Below, piece after piece: positions 12,794 through 23,388 of a stretch of DNA of 64,000 nt. Location: NCBI RefSeq assembly GCF_000143415.4, contig NW_003314307.1, positions 692,859 through 756,858 on the forward strand. Reading direction: 5' to 3'. The position numbers and the translations under genes are program-made. The DNA comes from Selaginella moellendorffii (Eukaryota; Plantae; Lycopodiophyta). The notes beneath the pieces were generated by a model. That model saw only the letters and a list, made by a program, of their open reading frames with translations. It ran no database searches and had not been told where the DNA came from. The stretch's first letter is position 1. Each line of letters begins with the position of its first letter.

Positions 12794-14757
12794 TCACTCG
12801 GTCTTCTTCTGGAATTTGTCCAGCGCCGCCAGCCGTTCCACCAGCGGAGGATGGGAGTAGTGGTAAGTGGAGTACCAGGGATCGGTGTTCATGGCGGACA
12901 GGTTCTCCTCCTGGAGCTTGATAAGCCCGCCACGGAGCGGGAGTGCGTAGCCCAGCTCACCCGCAAAATTATCAGCCTGTAGAGAGCAAAGCTCAAAACA
13001 CTCCCCAGCGATCTCGCGAGTTTTCTTACCTGGAACTCAAACGCGCGACTCACAAGGTTCATCACAAAGCCAGCAACGTGAAGCAGTGGCGTCAACGTGT
13101 GCTGCATTGCATTGATAATATTAGCTATGGTCCACTTCTTAAGAAAAGGCGTAAGAGAAATACCTGGAACAGCTGCAAGCCGATAAGTACCGGCTGAGTG
13201 GTAAAGCCAAAGCTGTGGAACAAATCCTTGGAGTTGCGGACGAACGTGTATCCGACGCACTGGAGTAGAGTAAGAAACTGGACAGAGCAGCAAGCAAAAA
13301 GAAAGCGTCAGCAAACGCGCCATGTACGTGTGATACAAAACCTGTCCCGCTATGAACGAATATGTCGTGTGATTAAGCTTCCAGTGCCCCAGTTCGTGCG
13401 CTATCACGGCCACTACCTCGTCCTCGTTTGTGCACTGTAAACAGCATCGTATCGAATGAAACGAGAAAAGCAAAATAGCGTACCTGCTGAACTAGTGTAT
13501 CGTATAGCACAATGCGCTTGCTTTTGAAAAAACCGTACATGTATGCCTGCAAAAGAGTAAAAAATGAGTAACCAACAGCCACAAACAGTTACTTACGTTG
13601 CTATGACTGCTTCGGGTAGAGCCATCTACCACAAACAGCTTCTTCAAAGGAAATTTCAGAGAGGCAGCCAGATCCTCAATTTGCTTTCGCAAAGATCCTT
13701 CCGGGAGCTGCAACAGTTACGATGTCAGTTTCAAGAGATTACACTATGTGCGTGAGCTTACGGGTGTAAACTTATTGAACAATGGTTGGATCACGAGTGG
13801 ATACAGTATCAACATAAGAAGCCCGAGGACAACAATGAACCCCCACAGATAAATCGCAAGATATGGGCCACTTTTCTGCACTCATCATTCATATATATAT
13901 ATACATATATATAAACAGAGGAAACTCTTCACCATACCTGGACGATGATGATTACAGCTGAGACAATTGGCGGGGAAAGCACCACCATAAGAAGTAGGCC
14001 CGTTAGAATGTCTTTAAAGAAGAGCCATATCGTTTGCTGGTCCAAAAAAGCTCAAGGTTAGAAGAAGGCACAGCGGAAACAAAAGAAAGGCGGCAAACTT
14101 TATTAAATCCATGACGCTCTTCAATCACAAAGGTGGAATACAAGGCGAAAGGAAGCTCCGTTATCTGAAGAATAAAGCACACAATGATGTTTTAACAATC
14201 TACAAGCTTTTTTATCTTACTTGAGACCATATAGTTGTCAGGACGAGAAAAGCCAATGTTTGTGCGATCTCGTTTTGAGGATCAAAGCCCAGCCTTACTG
14301 CCAAGTCTCCGGATTTCTGAGCGCACCAAGAGCTAATGATCGTCAAAAACTAACATGAAAGACCACTATACCATCCAAATCCACGGCAAAATTTTCAGCA
14401 GCAGCATACAGCACTCCTCAACGATTGTCCAGACCGAGTGTATGAACTGAAAGCGGCTGCATTGAAACATCAAAAGAGATTGAGAGTGAGAAGTAAGAAG
14501 AGCGCTTTGAAACTTTTTTAAAAAAAACCTCTTTTCAATAGTGTAAGCGCGCGACTTCTCAAATTTCTCCTGGCTGACGACGCCTTCGAGCGTGGGAGGC
14601 AGCGTGGGGAGCTTGAGAGCCCTGTATTGGCGGAGATGCAAGTAACTCTCCACGAAATACATGAAGATCATGAACCCTGGCCAAGAACAACGATATTTCG
14701 TGGCGAAATCGAGGCGAGACACTCACCGACAACGGATTCCAAGTAGGGAAACGCCAT
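12794..14757 (-). CDS. STE24: CAAX prenyl protease 1 (STE24/FACE1, peptidase M48), many small exons
   Basis: Starts [11 protein letters not shown]|[16 protein letters not shown]. It contains [29 protein letters not shown], the zinc motif VIAHELGHW and SRAFEFQ. It ends [30 protein letters not shown]...TGA. Confidence 0.95.
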
Positions 14758-14961
14758 CACGCCAGGCGCTCGCGCTCTTGGATGAAGAACAAATATACGT
14801 AGATATGCCCAAAAACCCTAGCTTAGAGTGAATTTCTGACCAACAGCTCAGATCGATCCGTCACGAACGGCTGTGATAAAGACAAAATTAATAATTGCTA
14901 ATCGGGTTCCTAATGACCTAATCTTTGCGCGCCATATTTTCAAATTTGAAACCTTATCTCT

Positions 14962-17900
14962 TTACCAGTAGTCTCCGCAAGAACAGCTCCCATTTCTAAA
15001 GTGGTGGAAACGATTGGAATCCCTGACCACGATCTCCCGCCCCTCGATCGCCGAAATGAGCTTGATTGCGGTGTGACAATCGCCACAGGCGCGCAGGTTC
15101 TTGATGATCCGCAAGCTCGATCCCGGCGGCGTGCTGAGCACCCCAAATGCCACTGCGAGCTTCTCGCTATGGCAGCCCAGTAGATCCCTCTTGTCTGCCT
15201 CGCCCACATTGTGTGTCACCATTCCCGTGTCCACGACGTATCCTCGATCCACCATCGCCCTCTCCAGTCTCCGGAGCTCGGCATATATCTCCTCGCGCCG
15301 CGGATGATCGCGATCGCCTGCCACGAATTCGTGCAGCCGGTTCTTCACCGCGATCAAGCTCCTCCCGGGCTCTTTCCTCAATCCCTTCTCCGCCATCGCC
15401 TTGCGGATGCTCAGCGCCTCGTCCCAATTCCCACTCGCGGCACAGATGTTTGCCAGCGCGACGTGGGCGGCCGATGGATCGTGCTGGGACCGTGGCTCCA
15501 TCTTCTCCACATCCATCGCGTTCCTGGCCGCGCGCCTCGCCCGGGAAGAGGAATCGCCCAGGCTCCGGCAAGCGCCCAGCAGCGCCATCCACATCGGGGA
15601 GGATGCCGGGGAAGAAACCGAGATCCTGGCAATGAAATCCTCGGCCTGCTGGAGCTCTCCAGCACGCGCCAGCAGATCGATGACGCAGGAGTAGTGCTTG
15701 GGTGATGGATCGATCCCAAACTCGCGGCGCATCGCCACGAAGTTGTAGCGCGCCTCCTCCAAGAGCCCCGAGTGGCCGCAAACCGATAGAAGGCTCACAA
15801 AGGTGACCGAATCCGGGCGGTACCCGTCGCGCTGCATGGTCCGTACGAGCCACAGTACACCGCGCGTCACGCCACACTGCCGGTAAGCCCCCGCCATGGC
15901 GTTCCACGTCGTGACGTTGCGGCGCAACGCACGGTCAAAGATATACCGCGCGGTGTCCACGTCGCCGGCCTTGCCGTACATGTCCACGAGCCCGTTCGCG
16001 ACGCACGTCTCGGACTCTAGCCCGAGCTCCCTGGCCCGCTCATGGACGCGCTTGCTCGAGGATGGATCCGCCAGCCCACCACACGCACTCATGGCCGTGA
16101 CGAGAGTCACGCTGCTCGGCTCCAGCCCCTCAAGCAGCATCCTCGCGAAGAGAGTGAGCGCTCGCTCGCACCGATCGAGCTGGACGTAAGCTCCCATCAT
16201 CGACGTCCACAGCACCATGTCTGCCCGCGAGGACTCGAGGAAGAACTGGAAGATCTTCTCGGCGGACGATAAGTCTCCACACTTCCCATACATGTCGATG
16301 AGCGCGGTAGCGACGTGAGCGTCGGAGAGGAATCCACACTCCACAATGGAGCTGTGGAGAGTTCTTCCCGACGAGAGCGCTGCTAAGATCCCCGCGGCGT
16401 CCACTGCCATGACGAAAGTTGGAAGGCCCGGTCTCTGCCCCTGTGCTTGCATCGTCTGGAAGAGCTCCATGGCTGCTTGAGCGTGCTCGCGAAGAACACC
16501 GGCTTCTTTGCCGCGCTCTCCCTTCACGTACGCCGCTAGCATCGTGGTGTGGAGCGCAACGCTCTTCTCGGGATTCCTGTCGAAGATGGCTCTCGCCTGG
16601 CTCAAGCTCCGGAACTCCGAGAACATCTCGATGAGAGAGTTTGCAACCATCGTCTCGGATTCCAGTCCACTCTCCCAGGCCAGAGAGCTGATCCACACTC
16701 CATCTTGGAAGAGTTCCAGTCCGGAATCCGCGACGCAGGTGATCAAGTTCACGAGAGTCACTCCCGTTGGCTTCAATCCTTCGTGGAGCATGGATCGAAA
16801 GTGTTCCATCACTTGCTTGGTCCGGCCGAGCTGGCAGTAGACTGTGAGCATCCCGGTCCAGAGGATCACGTCGAAAGTTTTCACTCTGGCGAAGATCTCC
16901 CTCGCTCTGTCCAGACCTCCACACCTCCCGTACATGTTGATCACCGCCGACGCCACCACCGTGTCCGCCTCGTATCCACACTGGACGATCTTCTCGTGCA
17001 TCAAAACTCCATCTTGCAGCGAAGCTGGATCAGTGCACGAGTTGAGAGCTGTGAGGAAAGTTACCTTCTCGTACAGGACTCCTTCTCCTCGCATTTGATC
17101 CAGGAGTTTGATGCACTCGTCGCTGCGTCCGTGGTAAGCGTGAGCGGCGATGGCCGAGTTCCAGGACGCCAAGTCCTTCTCAGCCATCTCCGAGAAGAGC
17201 TTAGCCGAATCCAGCAAGCTCCCGCACCTCCCATACATCGTCACCAGCGCGTTCGCCACCGATACCTCTCGATCGAATCCACTCTCGTCGATGAGAAGGT
17301 GTAGAGCTCGACCGTCTTGCAAGCTTGAGCAGGCACCGAGAGAACTGATAAAAGTGATGCAATTCGGCTTCACTCCCTGGAGCTGGAGAGAATCGAGCAG
17401 GAAAAGAGCCTCTTTGGAGCACCCTCTATGAGCGTAAGCCGTGATCATCGCGTTCCAGCATTCGATCACTTGTGCCGAGTGATCCGCCACCTTTTCGAAG
17501 ATCTCCCTGGCTTTGTCCACTCTCCCACACCTCGCAAACATGGAGAGCAGTGCGGTGGCCACCACCGCCTCACGATCCAATCCACTCCCGACGATATAGT
17601 CGTGAGCCATCCAGCTATCCTCGTCCAAAACTCCCCGGCTGGAGCAAACGTTGAGCAGCGTGAGGAGCAAAACCTTGTCCGGCTTTATCCCTTCCACCGC
17701 CATGGATCGAAGCAGCCCCCAAGTCTCTCTTCTCCTCCCATTCTCCGCAAACACGGACACCAAGATCGTCCAGCTGATCACATTCTTCATCTCCAAACAA
17801 TCGAAGAGCTGTTTGGCGAGATCCAGCCTCCCACACTTTCCATACATGCTGACCAGCGCATTCCCGATCTCCAAGTCGGAATCCAGCAGCTTGTCTTGGA

Positions 17901-18342
17901 TCTGGCGATGGATCCCGGCACCATCTTCGAGCCGCTTGAGGATGCCACACACGTTGAGAGCCGCCAGGAACACAAGACGGTCGGGCTCCACGCCGGCCTT
18001 GATCATCTGGTGGAATCTCTCCAGCGCCTGGGCATGGAGGCCCGCGTGGAAGTACGCCACGAGAATCGACGTCCAGGAGAAGATGTTCTTGTGCGCGATG
18101 GAGTCGAATGCGCGCTGCGCCTCGTCAGTCCTGCCGCATTTGCCATACATTTGGACGAGGCAGTTGCCCAGGAATCGCGCGCCGCTCTCCTCGCGATCGT
18201 CGAGCAGGAGCCCTGATTCGCGGATCTGCGCGTGGAGGCGCTTGCCATGCGCCAAATCCCCCAGCCTACCGCATTCCTTGAGGAGGCGCGCGTAGCTCCG
18301 GCACGCATCGTCCACGCCGCTTCTGGAGATCGCCGCTCGCAT
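14962..18342 (-). CDS. PLS-class PPR protein with E and DYW deaminase domain (organellar C-to-U editing factor), single exon, 1126 aa
   Basis: Repeated NALVxMYGKCG / WNAMI PPR motifs, HSEKLA, LRACGDCH, and a terminal CSCGDYW. Confidence 0.97.
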   Translation of the reverse strand: MRAAISRSGVDDACRSYARLLKECGRLGDLAHGKRLHAQIRESGLLLDDREESGARFLGNCLVQMYGKCGRTDEAQRAFDSIAHKNIFSWTSILVAYFHAGLHAQALERFHQMIKAGVEPDRLVFLAALNVCGILKRLEDGAGIHRQIQDKLLDSDLEIGNALVSMYGKCGRLDLAKQLFDCLEMKNVISWTILVSVFAENGRRRETWGLLRSMAVEGIKPDKVLLLTLLNVCSSRGVLDEDSWMAHDYIVGSGLDREAVVATALLSMFARCGRVDKAREIFEKVADHSAQVIECWNAMITAYAHRGCSKEALFLLDSLQLQGVKPNCITFISSLGACSSLQDGRALHLLIDESGFDREVSVANALVTMYGRCGSLLDSAKLFSEMAEKDLASWNSAIAAHAYHGRSDECIKLLDQMRGEGVLYEKVTFLTALNSCTDPASLQDGVLMHEKIVQCGYEADTVVASAVINMYGRCGGLDRAREIFARVKTFDVILWTGMLTVYCQLGRTKQVMEHFRSMLHEGLKPTGVTLVNLITCVADSGLELFQDGVWISSLAWESGLESETMVANSLIEMFSEFRSLSQARAIFDRNPEKSVALHTTMLAAYVKGERGKEAGVLREHAQAAMELFQTMQAQGQRPGLPTFVMAVDAAGILAALSSGRTLHSSIVECGFLSDAHVATALIDMYGKCGDLSSAEKIFQFFLESSRADMVLWTSMMGAYVQLDRCERALTLFARMLLEGLEPSSVTLVTAMSACGGLADPSSSKRVHERARELGLESETCVANGLVDMYGKAGDVDTARYIFDRALRRNVTTWNAMAGAYRQCGVTRGVLWLVRTMQRDGYRPDSVTFVSLLSVCGHSGLLEEARYNFVAMRREFGIDPSPKHYSCVIDLLARAGELQQAEDFIARISVSSPASSPMWMALLGACRSLGDSSSRARRAARNAMDVEKMEPRSQHDPSAAHVALANICAASGNWDEALSIRKAMAEKGLRKEPGRSLIAVKNRLHEFVAGDRDHPRREEIYAELRRLERAMVDRGYVVDTGMVTHNVGEADKRDLLGCHSEKLAVAFGVLSTPPGSSLRIIKNLRACGDCHTAIKLISAIEGREIVVRDSNRFHHFRNGSCSCGDYW

Positions 18343-18462
18343 CTGCCAGCAGCCATCGCCAGACCCTAAATCTCGGGCATATTCTCTAGGGTTTTAAAAC
18401 TCCAAGAAACTCAAGAATATGCTATTGCCCTTTGTTTGCTTACTTGCTGGCCCGATAATGTT

Positions 18463-18687
18463 CCTCTTTGACATCCTCTATGGAAAAACAAGATGATTTT
18501 CAGAGAGCCATGAAACAAGCTTAGAAAGCCTTGCCTCAGGATTTGGCATGGGCTTTCCAGAAGTACATGGCCTCGGAGCTAAAATGTCCAGAGATGGAAA
18601 TTTCAGAAACTGTGAATTGTTGCTGAAGGTTGCCTTGTGGATTTAGCAACACCCAAGTTCGAGGCCCATTCGAGAACACAATGACCT
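18463..18687 (+). pseudogene. Degenerate remnant of the kinase 3' end of an S-domain receptor kinase
   Basis: Collinear with ~21125-21400 of the downstream gene (tttgacatcctc...aagatgattttc...cagaagtacat...gttgctgaaggttgc...cccaagttc...gaacacaatga), with deletions and a stop. Confidence 0.8.
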
Positions 18688-18909
18688 TTATTATAATATA
18701 TTATTTCTATTTATCTGCTTTGATGGAGCATAAATAATATTATTGTTGGTCGCTAAGGGTCTGTGGGTGTGCTCTAGGACTCTAGAAGCCGTGGTCTACA
18801 CTCCATTATAGAATACTTCTAACATTGTTTGGGCACGTTCTCTTTTCCTTCTTTTTCTGTCACAAGAAAAAGGTCTCCTAGGAGGTCCCAGAACACAGGT
18901 ATGACTGAC

Positions 18910-18934
18910 AGTCAATAACTTGACTTTAAGTCAA
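18910..18934. promoter_or_regulatory. Three clustered W-boxes (TTGACT) 60-85 bp upstream of receptor kinase 1
   Basis: AGTCAA at 18910, TTGACT at 18920 and AGTCAA at 18929. The last two form a palindrome. Confidence 0.55.
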
Positions 18935-18992
18935 GCACGCAGAGACTTTAAAGGACTATCTGCGTGACTCTTACGCACCACTCTTTCTTGCC

Positions 18993-21434
18993 ATGGCATT
19001 AGCGTTTTTACTCCTTGTCGCCTTTGCAATTGCGTGCAGTGCAATGGAAATAGAGATTGGGAGCAGTCTCAAGCTGGGAAGCCAGTGGAATTCATCTGGA
19101 GGTACTTTTTCTCTTGGTTTTCATCTAATGGACGAGGCCTACAATCTAGCAATATGGTACCAGATCGATCCTGAAGAAATTGTTTGGATGGCAACTACTG
19201 ATAACGGGCAGTTTGTCCATGCCAGTGGAAGCGCACAGCTTCAGCTCAGGTCTGATGGTGGACTCGTCATCATCGATCGAGCTTCCATTCTGTGGCGAAC
19301 TAATTCTGGACAGGCCAAAGGTGCTTCTCTTTTAGAGACTGGCAACTTGGTGGTCTATGGAGAGAATGAGCAATTTGCATGGAAAAGTTTTGATGTTCCC
19401 ACCACCACCATCTTGCCTGAACAACAATTTCACACAGAAACGGTTTCTGATACTAAAATTCTGTTCTCTCAGTCGAGAAACTATGCACTCCAGCTCAACA
19501 GGGGTCAGGTTTTCCTGAGGAACAATAACAAGAAATTTGTCATTCCTCAGAGATACTGGTACATAGCAAATCCTGCTGTTAACAGTTCGCAAACGTGCCT
19601 TATTGATGATACTGGGGAGCAAGTCAACAGTAACATACAGTGCCAGACTGATGGGTCTTTACGTTTTCCAGCAGTTCTCAACTTGAGCTCTGATGGAGTT
19701 TTATCGTATTATGACGCAACTGGCATAGCAACTGAAAATTCTCACAAATATGCACTGGATTATGGAATCTCGAACGTTTTGAGGAGGCTTAAGCTAGATG
19801 ACGATGGAAATCTGAGAATGTATAGCTTCTCAAACGACACCAGGTCCTGGAGTATTGTTTGGCAAGCACTTATGCAGGAATGTGATGTCTTTGGAGCCTG
19901 TGGAGCTTTTGGCCTTTGCACCTATCGACCAAAAAAGACTTGTAGCTGCCCTCCTGGATTCCATCGTGTTGATCCCATCGATGATTCTCAGGGTTGTGAT
20001 TATAATGTTCCTATGGACTGTGAGCATCCTACAAAGCTTGTCTTGGCCACCCGAGCCGACTACTACTACAGTGACTATAGATTTGACGCTGCCGTCACAA
20101 CTTTGGAGCAATGCAAGGCCAATTGTCTAAAAGATTGTCAGTGCCTAGCAGCTGCATACAAGGCTCAAGACGGTGATAGTCTATGCTTCCTCAAGGGGGG
20201 ACAGGATAGACTCTACAATGGGATGCAGTCGTTTGACAAGCCCAACCTTGTGTACATGAAAGTATCCATCAACGACAAACTAGCTGCTGATGACCATTAT
20301 GATTACTTCATGTCGAACACAAATGCAACACTGAGCAACATTTTCACTGCTCATCACAAAGAAAGTTACCTTTCTATGCACCTTCACTCAGTTGTCATAG
20401 CCATCGCCACTGCAGAATTAGTTGCTTTTGCTGCTATTGGAGTTGCCATGTTCTCGATGTGGAAGCGCAGATCTCGAAAGGAATGGGAGGCTTTAACAGC
20501 AGAGATTGAGGGTTCTCCTACCAAGTTCACGTACAAACAACTCCAAGAGGCCACCAATAACTTTGAGGAGACGCTAGGCTCTGGTGGATACGGAACCGTC
20601 TACAGAGGTGAAATACCTGAAAAAGGTGGTATTGTGGCAGTCAAGGTGATCAAAGCTGTTACTCATGCAGAGAAGCAGTTCAAGGCGGAAGTGAATACTA
20701 TTGGAAAGGTACATCACGTTAATCTTGTACGTCTGCTTGGCTACTGTGTGGAGGGTGTTCACAGGCTCCTTGTCTACGAGTTCATGCCAAATGGTTCACT
20801 CGACAATTATCTATCCAGTAATTCAGGCTCCTCTGACTCGAGTTGGCAGACTCGGTTTTCTATAGCACTAGGCATAGCAAAAGGCATTGCTTATTTACAC
20901 GAGGAATGCCAGGAGTGTATTATACATTGCGACATCAAGCCACAAAACATACTTCTGGATGATCAAATGAGTCCAAAGATTGCCGACTTTGGTCTAGCCA
21001 AGCTGACTAAAAGAGAGCACTCCATGAGCGTGACGACTGTAAGGGGAACCCGGGGTTATTTGGCACCCGAGTGGCTGGATGGTCTGTCGGTCACCCCCAA
21101 GATCGATGTTTATAGCTTTGGAATGCTCCTTTTTGACATCCTCAGTGGAACAAATAAGATGATTTTCAACGAATTGGCTGGAACAAGCTTCGAAAGCTTT
21201 CCCTCAGGAATGGAGGACTATTTTCAGAAGTACATAGCCTCAGAGCTACAATGTATTGCAGATCCAAAGATGGAGATGGCAGAGACTGATTGGCCGCAGT
21301 TTAAGTTGTTGCTGAAGGTTGCATTGTGGTGCATCCAGCAAAACCCAAGTTCAAGGCCCTCTATGAGCCGTATAGTGCAGCTGCTGGAACACAATGATCC
21401 GGAGAACAAGATATTTGATCAAGACTTATGTTAG
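18993..21434 (+). CDS. G-type (bulb) lectin S-domain receptor-like kinase 1 (SD-2 type, non-RD), intronless
   Basis: Signal peptide, B-lectin (LLETGNLV, WKSFDVPT), EGF-like (CDVFGACGAFGLC), PAN (CKANCLKDCQC) and a TM helix. The kinase has GSGGYGTVY, HCDIKPQN, DFG and GTRGYLAPEW. Confidence 0.96.
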   Translation: MALAFLLLVAFAIACSAMEIEIGSSLKLGSQWNSSGGTFSLGFHLMDEAYNLAIWYQIDPEEIVWMATTDNGQFVHASGSAQLQLRSDGGLVIIDRASILWRTNSGQAKGASLLETGNLVVYGENEQFAWKSFDVPTTTILPEQQFHTETVSDTKILFSQSRNYALQLNRGQVFLRNNNKKFVIPQRYWYIANPAVNSSQTCLIDDTGEQVNSNIQCQTDGSLRFPAVLNLSSDGVLSYYDATGIATENSHKYALDYGISNVLRRLKLDDDGNLRMYSFSNDTRSWSIVWQALMQECDVFGACGAFGLCTYRPKKTCSCPPGFHRVDPIDDSQGCDYNVPMDCEHPTKLVLATRADYYYSDYRFDAAVTTLEQCKANCLKDCQCLAAAYKAQDGDSLCFLKGGQDRLYNGMQSFDKPNLVYMKVSINDKLAADDHYDYFMSNTNATLSNIFTAHHKESYLSMHLHSVVIAIATAELVAFAAIGVAMFSMWKRRSRKEWEALTAEIEGSPTKFTYKQLQEATNNFEETLGSGGYGTVYRGEIPEKGGIVAVKVIKAVTHAEKQFKAEVNTIGKVHHVNLVRLLGYCVEGVHRLLVYEFMPNGSLDNYLSSNSGSSDSSWQTRFSIALGIAKGIAYLHEECQECIIHCDIKPQNILLDDQMSPKIADFGLAKLTKREHSMSVTTVRGTRGYLAPEWLDGLSVTPKIDVYSFGMLLFDILSGTNKMIFNELAGTSFESFPSGMEDYFQKYIASELQCIADPKMEMAETDWPQFKLLLKVALWCIQQNPSSRPSMSRIVQLLEHNDPENKIFDQDLC

Positions 21435-21493
21435 GATTTTAAAACATGTAGTTCTTGCTGAAAAGTAATTGCAAATAATATAGTGTATTGAAT

Positions 21494-22975
21494 TTAATTC
21501 TTCATTTTTATCATCCAGACCATAGTGATTGCAAGTATAAAAACTCCTTCTGTAATTGCAATTGCCAAGAGAGCATAATATATATGCTTTCGACTGGTGC
21601 TGTTTTTTGGGGTCCTACTTCCATAAACTAACATTATTTCTTCTGTATCTGTGACAAAAGCATCAATATTGTTCAGATCACCTGAGTATGCAAAACCTTC
21701 AACTTGTGATTCTCCTGCCACTTTGAGAAGAACAAAGTTTTCTAGAAATGCTGTCTGGATGCCATTGAAAAGCTTCCCAGCATTTCCCTTGTGAAAGCAG
21801 AGGTCTGTCCCTTGATATTTGTAAGCAGCTGCCAAACAGTTGCAATCCTTCAAACAACTTTCCATGCAACCTTGAAGGGGCATGACAAGCTTAGCATCAA
21901 AGTTGTAGTCATTCCAGGGGTAATCTGCCCGGTAAATACGAACAAACTTGTTATTGGTTGCGTTGCAATGCAAAGGAATGTCGTAAGCACATCCAGCTAA
22001 GGGATCAGTTTCATTGATCCTGTGAAATCCTGGAGGGCATCTGCAAGTCTTTTCAGGTGTATAGGTACAAATCCCAAACTGCCCACAAGCTCCGAATATG
22101 TCACACTCCATAAACACAGCTGTCCAAACTGTGATCCATGACGAAGAATTGCGATCCACACTAAACATCTTAAGGCTTCCATCGGCATCCAGAGTGAGCC
22201 TCCTAGTAAGAACACTACTGCCCTTGTGGTCAATTGCATAGATCGTAGAACTGTCCCAAGAGTTCCCAGTGCCGTCGTAGAAAGTGAGAACGCCATCACC
22301 ACTCATGTTGAACCGAGGGAGTATGTCAAGACTGGAAATGTTGACAATAGATAAGTTGGTGTTGGTGATGGTCCAGTATGGCTGTGTGAGATATTCCTTG
22401 TATCGGAGCATGACTTGAATGGGATTAAGTTCCAAGCTATACTTTCCTGCCTCAAGGGTCATTGATCCGACGAGCTGTTGGTTAGGAAGGAGGGTGTTGG
22501 TTGGAGAATCAAAGCTTTGCCACAGTATTCCATCGTGGGCATCAAGCATCATGAAGCTTCCAGTGTCGGACATCCTGGCCTTGGAGATGCACTGATCACA
22601 TGAGATAATCACTGTCTTCCACACAGATTGAACATTTTCTGCGCTTCCCTGGTTGACAAGAAGTGCATCGTTGGTGAGGATAAGATTCGCATCTTCAGTG
22701 ACAAGAAGTGGCTGATCGCTGCCGAGGGACTTGGCTGTCCAAACTATCGTATCGGGGTCAAACACATACCAAATCGCGAGGCTGAAGCGCTTACTGTCAG
22801 CGATCGACTTGAAACCTACAGCAAAAATGCGTCCCTCCGAAACCCAAGACTCTCCAACTTCAATGCCTTGGCCGAGGTGGATATCACCTGACTCCGCGCG
22901 AACAAAATTCAATGCCAAGAGATAGAAATGTAGCAGCAGAGTGGTGGAGACGGCAAAGATTGTTACTCCTTCCAT
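21494..22975 (-). CDS. Kinase-less S-domain receptor-like protein (B-lectin, EGF, PAN, TM, very short tail)
   Basis: Uninterrupted ORF, probably starting at MEGVTIF (22975). It has a signal peptide, WQSFDSPTNTLLP, CDIFGACGQFGIC and CMESCLKDCNC. The TM helix ends VWMIKMKN* with no kinase downstream. Confidence 0.88.
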   Translation of the reverse strand: MEGVTIFAVSTTLLLHFYLLALNFVRAESGDIHLGQGIEVGESWVSEGRIFAVGFKSIADSKRFSLAIWYVFDPDTIVWTAKSLGSDQPLLVTEDANLILTNDALLVNQGSAENVQSVWKTVIISCDQCISKARMSDTGSFMMLDAHDGILWQSFDSPTNTLLPNQQLVGSMTLEAGKYSLELNPIQVMLRYKEYLTQPYWTITNTNLSIVNISSLDILPRFNMSGDGVLTFYDGTGNSWDSSTIYAIDHKGSSVLTRRLTLDADGSLKMFSVDRNSSSWITVWTAVFMECDIFGACGQFGICTYTPEKTCRCPPGFHRINETDPLAGCAYDIPLHCNATNNKFVRIYRADYPWNDYNFDAKLVMPLQGCMESCLKDCNCLAAAYKYQGTDLCFHKGNAGKLFNGIQTAFLENFVLLKVAGESQVEGFAYSGDLNNIDAFVTDTEEIMLVYGSRTPKNSTSRKHIYYALLAIAITEGVFILAITMVWMIKMKN

Positions 22976-23388
22976 GATAGCAAGCCAGAAGAGGGAGTCA
23001 AACAAGCCACCCGTGTTAACTAAGGTACATCTCTTGAAGACTAGACGTGCTCTAAAGCGAGTCATCGTCGTCACAGACGCACTTCTCCAAAAGCAAAAAC
23101 AATGGGGCCCATCTTTGACAAGGTGGAAGTGTTTGACACGGCAGAGAGAGTGGTTTGTGGGAATCTTATATCTGTAGCTTGGAACAAGATCTCATCTTGT
23201 GGACCTTCATCTAGACTGATCTAGTGAATATTCCAAAGACTTGACTCGCTTTGTGTGGGCCTTCTCGAGCGAGATGGCCTGCATTATGTTTTGGCTTTTT
23301 CCAAGTTCCAGGTTGCTAGTCTAACACGGCAGATGGTATTGTGTAAATACTCAAGGTCAGTGCCTTATCTTTGTTCTTCACTGGAACT

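Noticed and set aside
14962-18356. Many overlapping antisense and alternative-frame ORFs in the PPR and ACA genes
   Set aside because: They are expected shadows of GC-rich coding sequence and carry no recognisable domains.
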